Of a DNA stretch of 32,000 bases, positions 1 to 8,152 are shown piece after piece (the first letter of the stretch is position 1; the number at the start of each line of letters is the position of its first letter). The DNA is taken from contig NZ_LT934425.1 in NCBI RefSeq assembly GCF_900232105.1, positions 3,690,001 through 3,722,000 of the forward strand. Reading direction: 5' to 3'. The translations under genes and the position numbers were made by a program. The notes beneath the pieces were generated by a model that had not been told where the DNA came from, ran no database searches, and saw nothing but the letters and a program-made list of their open reading frames with translations. This DNA is from Candidatus Kuenenia stuttgartensis (lineage in GTDB: Bacteria; Planctomycetota; Brocadiia; Brocadiales; Brocadiaceae).

Positions 1-346
1 TGTTAATCACAATGGCGGGGCCGACTAATTGTTCGAATGGTATTTGGTCTACGGAAGATTGATTCGGCTCAAAATGATTTGGTGCGTCAATATGTGTGCC
101 TAAATGTTCCGGTGTGCTGTATTTTCCCGAAAAGACCTTGTCTTTTCTTAATGAAGCGATTACTTCATATTTGAATGGTTCATATGCCCCTACAGGCCAG
201 TGCGCATTTTTTTCGTTTAGTGGATAAGTTAAATCGATAATTGATGCCTTGCCGTCCATCACCTTCTCCAGAATCCCTGCGGATATGTCTGATGTAATGC
301 AGGACAATGCAATGCAGGTAAAAAGGGGTATGAAAACCATTTTCAT
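1..346 (-). CDS. putative cyclase / kynurenine (aryl)formamidase-family protein, C-terminal part cut by window edge
   Basis: Absent from the ORF track because it runs off the window edge. My translation from the ATG at complement 346-344 reads MKMVFIPLFTCIALSCITSDISAGILEKVMDGKASIIDLTYPLNEKNAHWPVGAYEPFKY...KYSTPEHLGTHIDAPNHFEPNQSSVDQIPFEQLVGPAIVIN. It contains the HxGTHxDxPxH motif of the cyclase/formamidase family. An SD-like GGAAGGA (complement of 355-361) lies 8 nt upstream of the ATG. Confidence 0.75.
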   Translation of the reverse strand, partial: MKMVFIPLFTCIALSCITSDISAGILEKVMDGKASIIDLTYPLNEKNAHWPVGAYEPFKYEVIASLRKDKVFSGKYSTPEHLGTHIDAPNHFEPNQSSVDQIPFEQLVGPAIVIN

Positions 347-385
347 AACAAACTTCCTTCCATGGATTAATGAAAATAAAAGCAG

Positions 386-452
386 GGGGCGAAGCATTAG
401 CTATAAATTGGCATAAATGCGTTCGTGCCCAAACTGGCAAATGCTTCGCCCC
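386..452 (-). promoter_or_regulatory. long-range hairpin in the 5' leader of the cyclase-family gene
   Basis: ggggcgaagcatt (386-398) pairs perfectly with aatgcttcgcccc (440-452), giving a 13-bp stem and a 41-nt loop. On the minus strand the stem is followed by a T-rich run (ctgcttttattttc), about 35 nt before the ATG. Confidence 0.3.
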
Positions 453-690
453 TACTTTTTCAAAAAACTAAATTGTTACGAGAAAATTTGCACTATAATT
501 CAATCAAAGACAAAAGTGTAGCATATCTTATCGATTCATACCGGCGGAGTTCAATAATTATCTTTTTTTATTTATTTTAAGGTGTATATGTATTTAAATA
601 ACAAACAGTAACTGTGGTTTTTATGAAAAAGGTATAATTCCCGGCAGATAATTTGTTATTTTTGAGTACTGGTTTTAGAGGATACTAATT

Positions 691-1719
691 ATGCGTAAAA
701 TGGCAATGTATGGTTTTGTATTATTATTGGCGCTTGTTGTGGGAAATGCTATTGATGGAATTGCAGATGATAAGATACAGGGTGATGGCAGATTAAAAAA
801 TGCTGAAAGCATTGCTCCGGCTATACAATTTGATGCATATACCCATGATTTTGGGAAGATTTATAGTGGTGAAAAAGTTATCCATAAATTTAAATTCAAA
901 AATCATGGCGACGGTGAATTGATAATCGATAAGGTGAAATCTGCATGCGGTTGTACGGCGGCATTAAGTACAAAGAAAAATATCAAAAAAAATGAAGAGG
1001 GAGAAATCGAGGTAAAATTCAATTCCGGCAAGTACGTTGGTAAAATAGCAAAATCAATATTTGTGCATTCAAATGACCCCGTTAATCCAAAGGTTAAATT
1101 GGTCATTGAAATGAATATAATTGAAGAAGTAAGCGTTACTCCTAAGCGAATTAATTTTGGCGTCATCAGAATGGGTAGTCCTTGTTCAGTAAATCTCGAA
1201 ATAAAAACATTACCCGGTTCAAGGATAAAAATATTGAATGTTGAAACAAATTTTCCCTATATAAAACTAAAGGATAAAGAGAAAAGTGGAGATGTTTGGA
1301 ATTATGAGGTTGCGTTAAGAGGTGTTGAAGAGCTTGGAAAGTTTAACGGTTTTATTTTTGTTCATACAAATAGCGAAAAGAAACCAAAGATTGATATCCC
1401 TTTTAACGGCGAGGTGATAGGTGATATTACGTATTACCCGAATAAACTGTCCTTTGGAACAGTCAGGAAAAACCGGGAAGTTAAAAAAACGGTTATTGTT
1501 ACCTTAGTGGATAAAAGTGTAGAAATTGAAAAAATAGAAATAGAGCCTGCATTTATGACATATAATATTTCTCCGCTGAATGATGATAGCCGGGTAATCA
1601 GTGTGCATATGAATCAGGGAGATTTTACCGGAACGGTAAACGGCAGTTTGTTGATCTATTCGAATAGCTCTCTTCAGCCTGAGATTTGTATCCCTATTTC
1701 GGCGACAATAAATGATTGA
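691..1719 (+). CDS. secreted DUF1573 domain-containing protein (repeated Ig-like/ASH modules)
   Basis: 342-aa ORF with an N-terminal signal-like segment (MAMYGFVLLLALVVGNA). It has the characteristic DUF1573 block FDAYTHDFGKIYSGEKVIHKFKFKNHGDGELIIDKVKSACGCT. An SD-like AGAGGA lies upstream. Confidence 0.85.
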   Translation: MRKMAMYGFVLLLALVVGNAIDGIADDKIQGDGRLKNAESIAPAIQFDAYTHDFGKIYSGEKVIHKFKFKNHGDGELIIDKVKSACGCTAALSTKKNIKKNEEGEIEVKFNSGKYVGKIAKSIFVHSNDPVNPKVKLVIEMNIIEEVSVTPKRINFGVIRMGSPCSVNLEIKTLPGSRIKILNVETNFPYIKLKDKEKSGDVWNYEVALRGVEELGKFNGFIFVHTNSEKKPKIDIPFNGEVIGDITYYPNKLSFGTVRKNREVKKTVIVTLVDKSVEIEKIEIEPAFMTYNISPLNDDSRVISVHMNQGDFTGTVNGSLLIYSNSSLQPEICIPISATIND

Positions 1720-1833
1720 AGTGGTAAATAATTCTTACGGTAGTTTCTCAATAAGTTTTGGTAGGGGTTGTCAAAAAAATAAAAACTGCTCCCGTTTCCA
1801 ATTAAGCTCCGGTTTCGGATAGAAAAAAGAATG

Positions 1834-1857
1834 TGTAACACTGTTACAAATGTTACA
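1834..1857. promoter_or_regulatory. operator-like palindrome TGTAAC-ACT-GTTACA plus a third GTTACA half-site
   Basis: tgtaacactgttaca (1834-1848) is a perfect 6-3-6 inverted repeat. It is followed by aatgttaca (through 1857), 9 nt before the ATG at 1866. Confidence 0.3.
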
Positions 1858-1865
1858 ATATTTTT

Positions 1866-3227
1866 ATGAAAAAATATTATAACGCCATATTTCTCCTTGT
1901 TTTCATTTCTCTGATCGCAAAAACCGGCAGTTCTTCCGATAGATTCGTTTTAATATTTTTCGGTGAAGAGCAAGGCGCCCTTGCCCCCTGCGGTTGTTTT
2001 GAGGGTCAATTGGGCGGTATCTCGCGAAGGGATACGCTTTTAAAGGATTACGAAACACAAGGCATTTCTGCGATAGCGGTAAGTACGGGCGATCTTATTA
2101 AGAGTCCTGAACGCCAGGAAGAGATTAAAATGGAATATTTGCTTGCTGCAATGAAAGAGATGGGGTGTATATTACACAATCTTGGCGAGAAAGATTTTGA
2201 AATTGGCCTGCAGGCTCTGAGTTTTGCTTCGCAAACAAATACGATAGACTTTCTTTGCGGCAATATTGAAATAAATTCGCCGTTCCCTTTAAAGTATAAA
2301 AAATACCTGTTAAAAGAATTGCCAGGATTCAACATTCCGTTAAAAATCGCATTTTTAAGCATTATTTCAGAGTCGCTGATCAAAGGGCATTTATTGGATT
2401 TTATAAGGGTATATGATCCTGTTCAATCATTAACGCCGGTAATAAACCAGATAAAAGGGAAAGCAGATCTTATCGTGCTTATATCGCACGCACCCATGGA
2501 GGAATCTGTTGAAATTGCCGAAACATTCCCGGAAATTGGATTAGTAATTACCGGACATGGTATCGAAGACCCAATAGAATCGTTAATGTATGTAAATAAT
2601 ACCCCTCTTCTCTCACATGGAACAAGGGGGAGATACGTAGCGGTTGCTGACTATGTTGTGAAAAGCGGCTCGATACGAAATACATCCGTTGATATAGTTC
2701 CCTTAGACGACAAATATGCTGCATCTGAAAAAATGCAGGTATTGCTGAAGCAATATCAGCAAACGTTAAAGGAGGAGGATTTGTTGAGCAACCTCCCGAA
2801 ATTACCGTTGGAAGATGGAAATTTCTATATTGGGAGTTTGGCTTGCGGAACATGTCACAAGAAAATTCATGCCCATTGGAGTAATACAAGTCATCAAAAA
2901 GCATACACTACATTGTCCGATAGCGGACAACAGTATGATCCCGAATGTATACGTTGTCATACGGTTGGATTTGGATACGTCTCTGGTTTTGCAAATTATG
3001 ATACAAACCGGAATCTTGCGCATGTCGGGTGCGAAAGTTGTCACGGAGCAGGCGGCAATCACATAAAAAATATCACTGATTCATATGGCAAGGTAAACGA
3101 AAATCGTTGCCTTGAATGTCACAATTTCGACCATAGTCCAAAATTTCAATACCCAAAATACTGGGAAAAAATTAAACATCCCAAAGAGATTCCTGAGGGC
3201 ATGCCTGAAAATACACACGGCGGTTGA
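1866..3227 (+). CDS. secreted fusion protein: degenerate 5'-nucleotidase/metallophosphoesterase-like domain plus C-terminal tetrahaem cytochrome c (c554-like)
   Basis: 453 aa with a signal peptide (MKKYYNAIFLLVFISLIAKTGSS). It has four CxxCH motifs (CGTCH, CIRCH, CESCH, CLECH) in the c554-family context CGTCHKKIHAHWSNTSH...CESCHGAGGNH. The N-terminal half shows the order of phosphoesterase motifs (STGDL, LGEKDF, ISHAP, ITGHG), but key metal ligands are substituted. Confidence 0.85.
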   Translation: MKKYYNAIFLLVFISLIAKTGSSSDRFVLIFFGEEQGALAPCGCFEGQLGGISRRDTLLKDYETQGISAIAVSTGDLIKSPERQEEIKMEYLLAAMKEMGCILHNLGEKDFEIGLQALSFASQTNTIDFLCGNIEINSPFPLKYKKYLLKELPGFNIPLKIAFLSIISESLIKGHLLDFIRVYDPVQSLTPVINQIKGKADLIVLISHAPMEESVEIAETFPEIGLVITGHGIEDPIESLMYVNNTPLLSHGTRGRYVAVADYVVKSGSIRNTSVDIVPLDDKYAASEKMQVLLKQYQQTLKEEDLLSNLPKLPLEDGNFYIGSLACGTCHKKIHAHWSNTSHQKAYTTLSDSGQQYDPECIRCHTVGFGYVSGFANYDTNRNLAHVGCESCHGAGGNHIKNITDSYGKVNENRCLECHNFDHSPKFQYPKYWEKIKHPKEIPEGMPENTHGG

Positions 3228-3267
3228 CTAATGACTAACTTCATAATAATTTTGCGAATAACGGGAA

Positions 3268-4308
3268 TTGATAATTATGCCAGACCTTAGAAAAGACCCT
3301 GTATCCGGTCGTTGGGTTATTATTGCGACGGAACGGGCTATGCGGCCTAACGATTTTAAGATAGAACCGCATGCCCCATTAAGTGCAGATGTGTTTTGTC
3401 CGTTTTGTGAAGGCAATGAAGACAAGACTCCTCCTGAAATTATGGCATATAGGGAAAAAGGCAGCTATGCAAATAAAAAAGGGTGGAGGGTGAGGGTTGT
3501 GCCGAATAAATTCCCGGCATTAAAAATTGAGGGGGGATTGAACAAACAAGGTGTGGGAATATACGATACCATGAGTGGCGTAGGCGCTCACGAAGTGATT
3601 ATTGAAAGTCCCTTGCACATTACATCATTAACGGAAATGTCTATCTGGCAGGTGGAAGAAATATTGTGGACGTACAGGGACAGGATGATTGATTTAAAAA
3701 AGGACAAACGTTTCATTTACGGATTGTTGTTTAAAAATGTGGGAAGAGCCGCAGGCGCCTCTCTGGAGCACTCGCATTCCCAGTTAATTGTCACTCCGAT
3801 TGTGCCTATTACGGTTATCCATGAAATGGAAGGATCGGAGGTATTCTACAAATACAGGGGACGTTGTTTATTTTGTGATATGGTCAGACAGGAATTAGCA
3901 ACAGACGCCAGAATTGTAATGGAAGGAAAAAATTTTATAGCCTTTACGCCTTATGCCTCCCGTTTCCCCTTTGAGATTTGGATTTTGTCAAAAACGCATG
4001 CGTCTCATTTTGAAAACATACAAAAACTTGAGGTTGAGGAATTAGCAAAGATATTACAGAAAACAATATTAAAGCTGGAGGCATGTTTAACATATCCTCC
4101 TTATAATTATATTATTCACACAACGCCTTTTACCTATGGAGAAATAGAATACTATCACTGGCATATAGAGATTATTCCACGCCTGACAAACATCGCCGGA
4201 TTTGAGTGGGGCAGTGGTTTTTATATTAATACGGTTACGCCTGAGACTGCCGCTGAATTTCTCAGGAATGCTAACATCCAAAACAACAATGAGGATATGA
4301 AATTGTGA
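3268..4308 (+). CDS. galT: galactose-1-phosphate uridylyltransferase-family (HIT superfamily) nucleotidyltransferase
   Basis: It carries the zinc motif CPFCEGNE and the active-site motif HSHSQ (HxHxQ), and the overall length fits the GalT family. The track start at 3268 is TTG; the ATG at 3277 (MPDLRKDP...) is an alternative start. The stop overlaps the glgA start (GTGA). Confidence 0.85.
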   Translation: MIIMPDLRKDPVSGRWVIIATERAMRPNDFKIEPHAPLSADVFCPFCEGNEDKTPPEIMAYREKGSYANKKGWRVRVVPNKFPALKIEGGLNKQGVGIYDTMSGVGAHEVIIESPLHITSLTEMSIWQVEEILWTYRDRMIDLKKDKRFIYGLLFKNVGRAAGASLEHSHSQLIVTPIVPITVIHEMEGSEVFYKYRGRCLFCDMVRQELATDARIVMEGKNFIAFTPYASRFPFEIWILSKTHASHFENIQKLEVEELAKILQKTILKLEACLTYPPYNYIIHTTPFTYGEIEYYHWHIEIIPRLTNIAGFEWGSGFYINTVTPETAAEFLRNANIQNNNEDMKL

Positions 4309-5768
4309 ATGTAGTATATTTATCATCTGAGGTCCTTCCCTTTGCAAAATCAGGAGGGCTGGCTGATATCTCGAGTGTAATACCAAAGAATTTAAATAAA
4401 TTGGGCATCAACGTTATTGTAATAATGCCATTTTATAATATGGTGAAAGAATGTAATTGCACTATAGATAAGACAGATATCACCTTTACGGTAAACATCG
4501 GAGACGATGCAAAAACCTGCTGTGTATATAAAAGTTGTCTGCCCGGCACAGATATTCCGATATATTTTTTACACAACGAACACTATTTCGGGAGAAATGG
4601 CCTGTATAACTATCCTGGTACCATGCGCAATTATGAAGATAATTGCGAACGTTTTATCTTCTTTGCCCGAAGCGCCCTGGAATTAATGCTGCGTTTAAAA
4701 CCTTGTCCGGATATTATCCATTGCAACGATTGGCAGACCGGGCTTATTCCTGTTTATTTAAAGACGATATACGGGAATAACGAATGTTTTAAAAAGACAC
4801 GGACGATAATGACCATTCACAACCTTGCGTTTCAGGGATTATTTCCGGCTGATTGTATGAAATATACGGGGTTAGACTGGGGTCTTTTTCACCCGGCTTA
4901 TTTAGAGTTCTATGGAATGATAAATTTTCTCAAAGCAGGCATTATCTTTAGTGATAGTATTACCACCGTAAGCGAGACATATGCAGAGGAGATACAGACG
5001 CAGGAATTTGGAGAACGTCTGGATGGTGTATTGAGAACGAGGTCAAAGGATATCTATGGCATTCTTAATGGAATAGATTATTCATTATGGAATCCTGAAA
5101 GTGATGCGCTTATAGCGGCTAATTATTCGTACAAAGATCTTTCAGGCAAGCATGTCTGTAAAAAGGCCCTGCAAAGAAAGCTGGGACTGCCGGAAAAGGC
5201 TGTTCCCATAATTGCAATGATTACACGCCTGACGGATCAAAAGGGTCTGGATTTAGTAATGAATATTTTTAATAAATTGCTTAGATTGGATATACAATTC
5301 GTTTTATTAGGTTCCGGAGAATCTGTCTATCAGGATTTTTTTAAACAGTACGCTAAAATTGTCCCTGCAAAGGTTTCAGCAAATATCTCGTTTAATGAGC
5401 CACTGGCGCATGAAATTGAAGCCGGGGCAGATATTTTTTTAATGCCGTCGCGCTATGAACCGTGCGGGTTAAATCAATTATATAGCATAAAATATGGAAC
5501 GGTACCGATTGTAAGACATACCGGAGGTCTTGCGGACACGATTTTTGACGTTCGTCACGAAAAAGTTTATAAAGAAAAAGCAAACGGGTTTTCATTTAAA
5601 GAATATAATGCAGATTTATTGTATGCAACAATTATACGGGCGCTTGATTTCTATAAAAATCGTTCAGAGTGGACGAAACTTATGAGAAACGGAATGAAAC
5701 AGAACTGGCTATGGGAGGAAAGTGCGCGAAAGTATATCTCTCTTTATGAAAAAATTTTGAGAAATTAA
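4305..5768 (+). CDS. glgA: glycogen synthase (ADP-glucose type, GT5)
   Basis: 487 aa with the N-terminal [16 protein letters not shown] (KxGGL) motif and the C-terminal [32 protein letters not shown] block typical of GlgA. It uses a GTG start that overlaps the upstream stop by 4 nt. Confidence 0.93.
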   Translation: MNVVYLSSEVLPFAKSGGLADISSVIPKNLNKLGINVIVIMPFYNMVKECNCTIDKTDITFTVNIGDDAKTCCVYKSCLPGTDIPIYFLHNEHYFGRNGLYNYPGTMRNYEDNCERFIFFARSALELMLRLKPCPDIIHCNDWQTGLIPVYLKTIYGNNECFKKTRTIMTIHNLAFQGLFPADCMKYTGLDWGLFHPAYLEFYGMINFLKAGIIFSDSITTVSETYAEEIQTQEFGERLDGVLRTRSKDIYGILNGIDYSLWNPESDALIAANYSYKDLSGKHVCKKALQRKLGLPEKAVPIIAMITRLTDQKGLDLVMNIFNKLLRLDIQFVLLGSGESVYQDFFKQYAKIVPAKVSANISFNEPLAHEIEAGADIFLMPSRYEPCGLNQLYSIKYGTVPIVRHTGGLADTIFDVRHEKVYKEKANGFSFKEYNADLLYATIIRALDFYKNRSEWTKLMRNGMKQNWLWEESARKYISLYEKILRN

Positions 5769-5853
5769 TCTTATTTCCCCTGTAATTGCTATTTTGCCGG
5801 GCGGGATGAGAAAATGCAATTTCCCTGTTAAGTATACTTAGCAGTACTAACTT

Positions 5854-6016
5854 AACGTTTAGGAATTGCAATATTTATTTTTATTTAAGCAATGAACAAA
5901 CCCACCCCTAACCCCTTCCAACAGGGAACTTGTCAAATTCCCCTCTCGGGAGGGGATTGAGGGGTGGGTAAAAAATGAACGCCGTTGGGTTTTGTCTTTT
6001 GGAAACCCAACTTAAC
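5854..6016. repeat. composite intergenic repeat, copy 1 (GC-rich nested palindromes), flanked by 8-bp direct repeats AACTTAAC
   Basis: 5887-6016 matches 27745-27872 over about 130 bp at roughly 85% identity by eye, in the same orientation. 5854-5876 (aacgtttaggaattgcaatattt) matches 27584-27607. It contains the palindrome acccacccct..aggggattgaggggtgggt and the hairpin gttgggttt/aaacccaac. AACTTAAC occurs at 5849-5856 and 6009-6016. Confidence 0.8.
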
Positions 6017-6035
6017 TTAACCTTTGGCCAGATAA

Positions 6036-7745
6036 ATGTTGCCGGATACTATAAAATTAAAACTGGAAGATATTATAAATAATATTTCAGATTCGGGAGT
6101 TGCCGGATTGGCATTGCTTGATCACGATCTTAATGTTGCATGGGCGAACCGCTCACTTTCTTCTATTTTAAAATTGAATTATGATCCGGTTGGAAAATCA
6201 TGCCGTGAGATATTTGACTGTGAATGCAAAGATAAGAATAATTGCACAATACTCAAGGCTCTTTCCAGCGGCAGAAAACAGTACAGCGAGGTTCAGTTAA
6301 GCGCTGATAAAGATACAAGAAAATACCTGCAAAATGTATCGGTACCAATTAAAGATGAAAAGGGAAGCATAACACATTTATTAAAAATTACTACTGATAT
6401 TACGTTAAAAGAAGAGAAGATTCATCAATATGATTTATTGAGAAAATTAGCTGAATTAATGCAGGGAACGCTTCAAATTGACCGGCTTCTTCATTTGATT
6501 CTGACGTGTGTGACGGCGGGAACTGCGCTGGGGTTTAACCGTGCAAGGCTTTTTGTTGTGGACCATGACCGCAACATTGTTTTCGGCAAGATGGCGGTAG
6601 GTCCGTCAGATGTTGCCGAAGCGAATAAGATATGGAATGAAATAGCACATAAATACAAAATGCTGGAGGATTTAATAAAGGCGTCGGAAGATAATTATCA
6701 ATATGATTCCCCCTTGCACATGATTACCCGGCTGATGGCATATTCGCTGGATGACGAAAATGAGGTTATTGTTTCATGCATCAGAAAAAAGAAGGTTATC
6801 GTGGAAAAAAATGCATTTAACAATCCCAATATCAACAAGAATTTTGTAAATATGATTGGTTCAAACGAATTTGTCTGTGTTCCTTTGATTGTAAGAGATA
6901 AAGCGATTGGGGCTATTTGCGCAGATAATATATACAGCAAAAAACCAATAACAGATGAAATGGTAATGCTTTTATCCACATTTGCGAATCATGCAGCGCT
7001 GGCGATTGAAAACGCGGATGCGTACAAGAAATTAGAGAAAAAAATTATTCAACTGAAAGACGCACAGGAACGGCTGGTACGTTCTGAAAAGCTTGCGGTT
7101 ATCGGTAACATGGCGGGTTATATTGCCCATGAAATACGAAATCCTCTGGTGACTATCGGAGGATTTGCCAGATCAATAGCCCGGGAAACAGCGGATAATA
7201 AAACAATAAAGAATAGCGCAGAAATTATTATTGATGAGGTAAGCAGGTTAGAAAAAATTCTTGCAGTCGTAATGGATTTTAGCAAAGTCGCTAAACCTGC
7301 TAAGGTGAAAACGCAGGTAAATGAAATAGTTGACAATACAATATCACTCATGGAATCATATTTTAAAAATATCGGCATAGATGTAGTAAAAAAATACGAA
7401 TCAATGATACCGGATATTGTGGTTGATCAGGACCAGATACGGCAGGTATTTTTAAATATCTTTAAAAATGCCGCTGAATCGATGCAAAATGGAGGAAAAC
7501 TGATTGTCGGAACAACGAAAGAGGATGAATATGTGAGAATAGATATTACTGATACAGGAGTGGGTATGGACGCGGACACTATAGAAAATATTTTTACTCC
7601 ATTTTATACTAAAAAAAGGGAAGGGACCGGTATTGGTTTGGCGGTATCGCAGAAAATTGTAGATGATCATGAAGGCTTTATAAAAGTAAAAAGCGAATTA
7701 AATCAAGGCGCTACATTTTCCATTTTTCTGCCGCTAAAGAAATAA
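6036..7745 (+). CDS. sensor histidine kinase (PAS - GAF - HisKA - HATPase_c), cytoplasmic
   Basis: 569 aa with the H-box YIAHEIRNPL, N/G boxes (NIFKNAAES, DTGVGM, GTGIGL), a GAF-like centre and an N-terminal PAS-like region containing the Cys cluster CREIFDCECKDKNNC. No obvious transmembrane segment. Confidence 0.9.
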   Translation: MLPDTIKLKLEDIINNISDSGVAGLALLDHDLNVAWANRSLSSILKLNYDPVGKSCREIFDCECKDKNNCTILKALSSGRKQYSEVQLSADKDTRKYLQNVSVPIKDEKGSITHLLKITTDITLKEEKIHQYDLLRKLAELMQGTLQIDRLLHLILTCVTAGTALGFNRARLFVVDHDRNIVFGKMAVGPSDVAEANKIWNEIAHKYKMLEDLIKASEDNYQYDSPLHMITRLMAYSLDDENEVIVSCIRKKKVIVEKNAFNNPNINKNFVNMIGSNEFVCVPLIVRDKAIGAICADNIYSKKPITDEMVMLLSTFANHAALAIENADAYKKLEKKIIQLKDAQERLVRSEKLAVIGNMAGYIAHEIRNPLVTIGGFARSIARETADNKTIKNSAEIIIDEVSRLEKILAVVMDFSKVAKPAKVKTQVNEIVDNTISLMESYFKNIGIDVVKKYESMIPDIVVDQDQIRQVFLNIFKNAAESMQNGGKLIVGTTKEDEYVRIDITDTGVGMDADTIENIFTPFYTKKREGTGIGLAVSQKIVDDHEGFIKVKSELNQGATFSIFLPLKK

Positions 7746-7768
7746 TTATATATTGAAGGGAGTTTAAA

Positions 7769-8152
7769 ATGGATACTATATTATTGGTAGAAGATGATAA
7801 AAATCAGATTTTGTTATATGAACAGGAACTAGCAATAGAAGGTTATAAAGTTGTTACGGCTACAAATGGGATAGAGGCTATTGAGAACGCGCGGCATTTT
7901 AAACCGGACTTAGTGGTAATGGACATAAATATGCCCATGATGGACGGCATTGAGTCTATGTGCAGGATTTTGAGTGAACATAAAAACATTCCTATAATCA
8001 TTAATACGGCGTATAGCAACTATCAGAACAATTTCATGTCATGGTCGGCTGATGCATACATTGTTAAATCATCTGATCTAAAAGAATTAAAAGACAAGAT
8101 TAAAGAATTGCTTAATAAAAGGAAGAAAAACGACAATGATAAAACCGTTTGA
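7769..8152 (+). CDS. single-domain response regulator (CheY-like receiver)
   Basis: 127 aa: ILLVEDD...DLVVMDINMPMMDGIE...K, a receiver fold with no output domain. The SD GAAGGGAG lies 8 nt upstream. The 3' end overlaps the glgC start by 17 nt. Confidence 0.9.
   Translation: MDTILLVEDDKNQILLYEQELAIEGYKVVTATNGIEAIENARHFKPDLVVMDINMPMMDGIESMCRILSEHKNIPIIINTAYSNYQNNFMSWSADAYIVKSSDLKELKDKIKELLNKRKKNDNDKTV

Noticed and set aside
180-440. Minus-strand ORF of 86 aa from the track
   Set aside because: It is in a different frame from the well-supported cyclase-family CDS (1..346, HxGTHxDxPxH motif), which it overlaps. It also extends across the intergenic hairpin. It has no SD and no recognisable motif.
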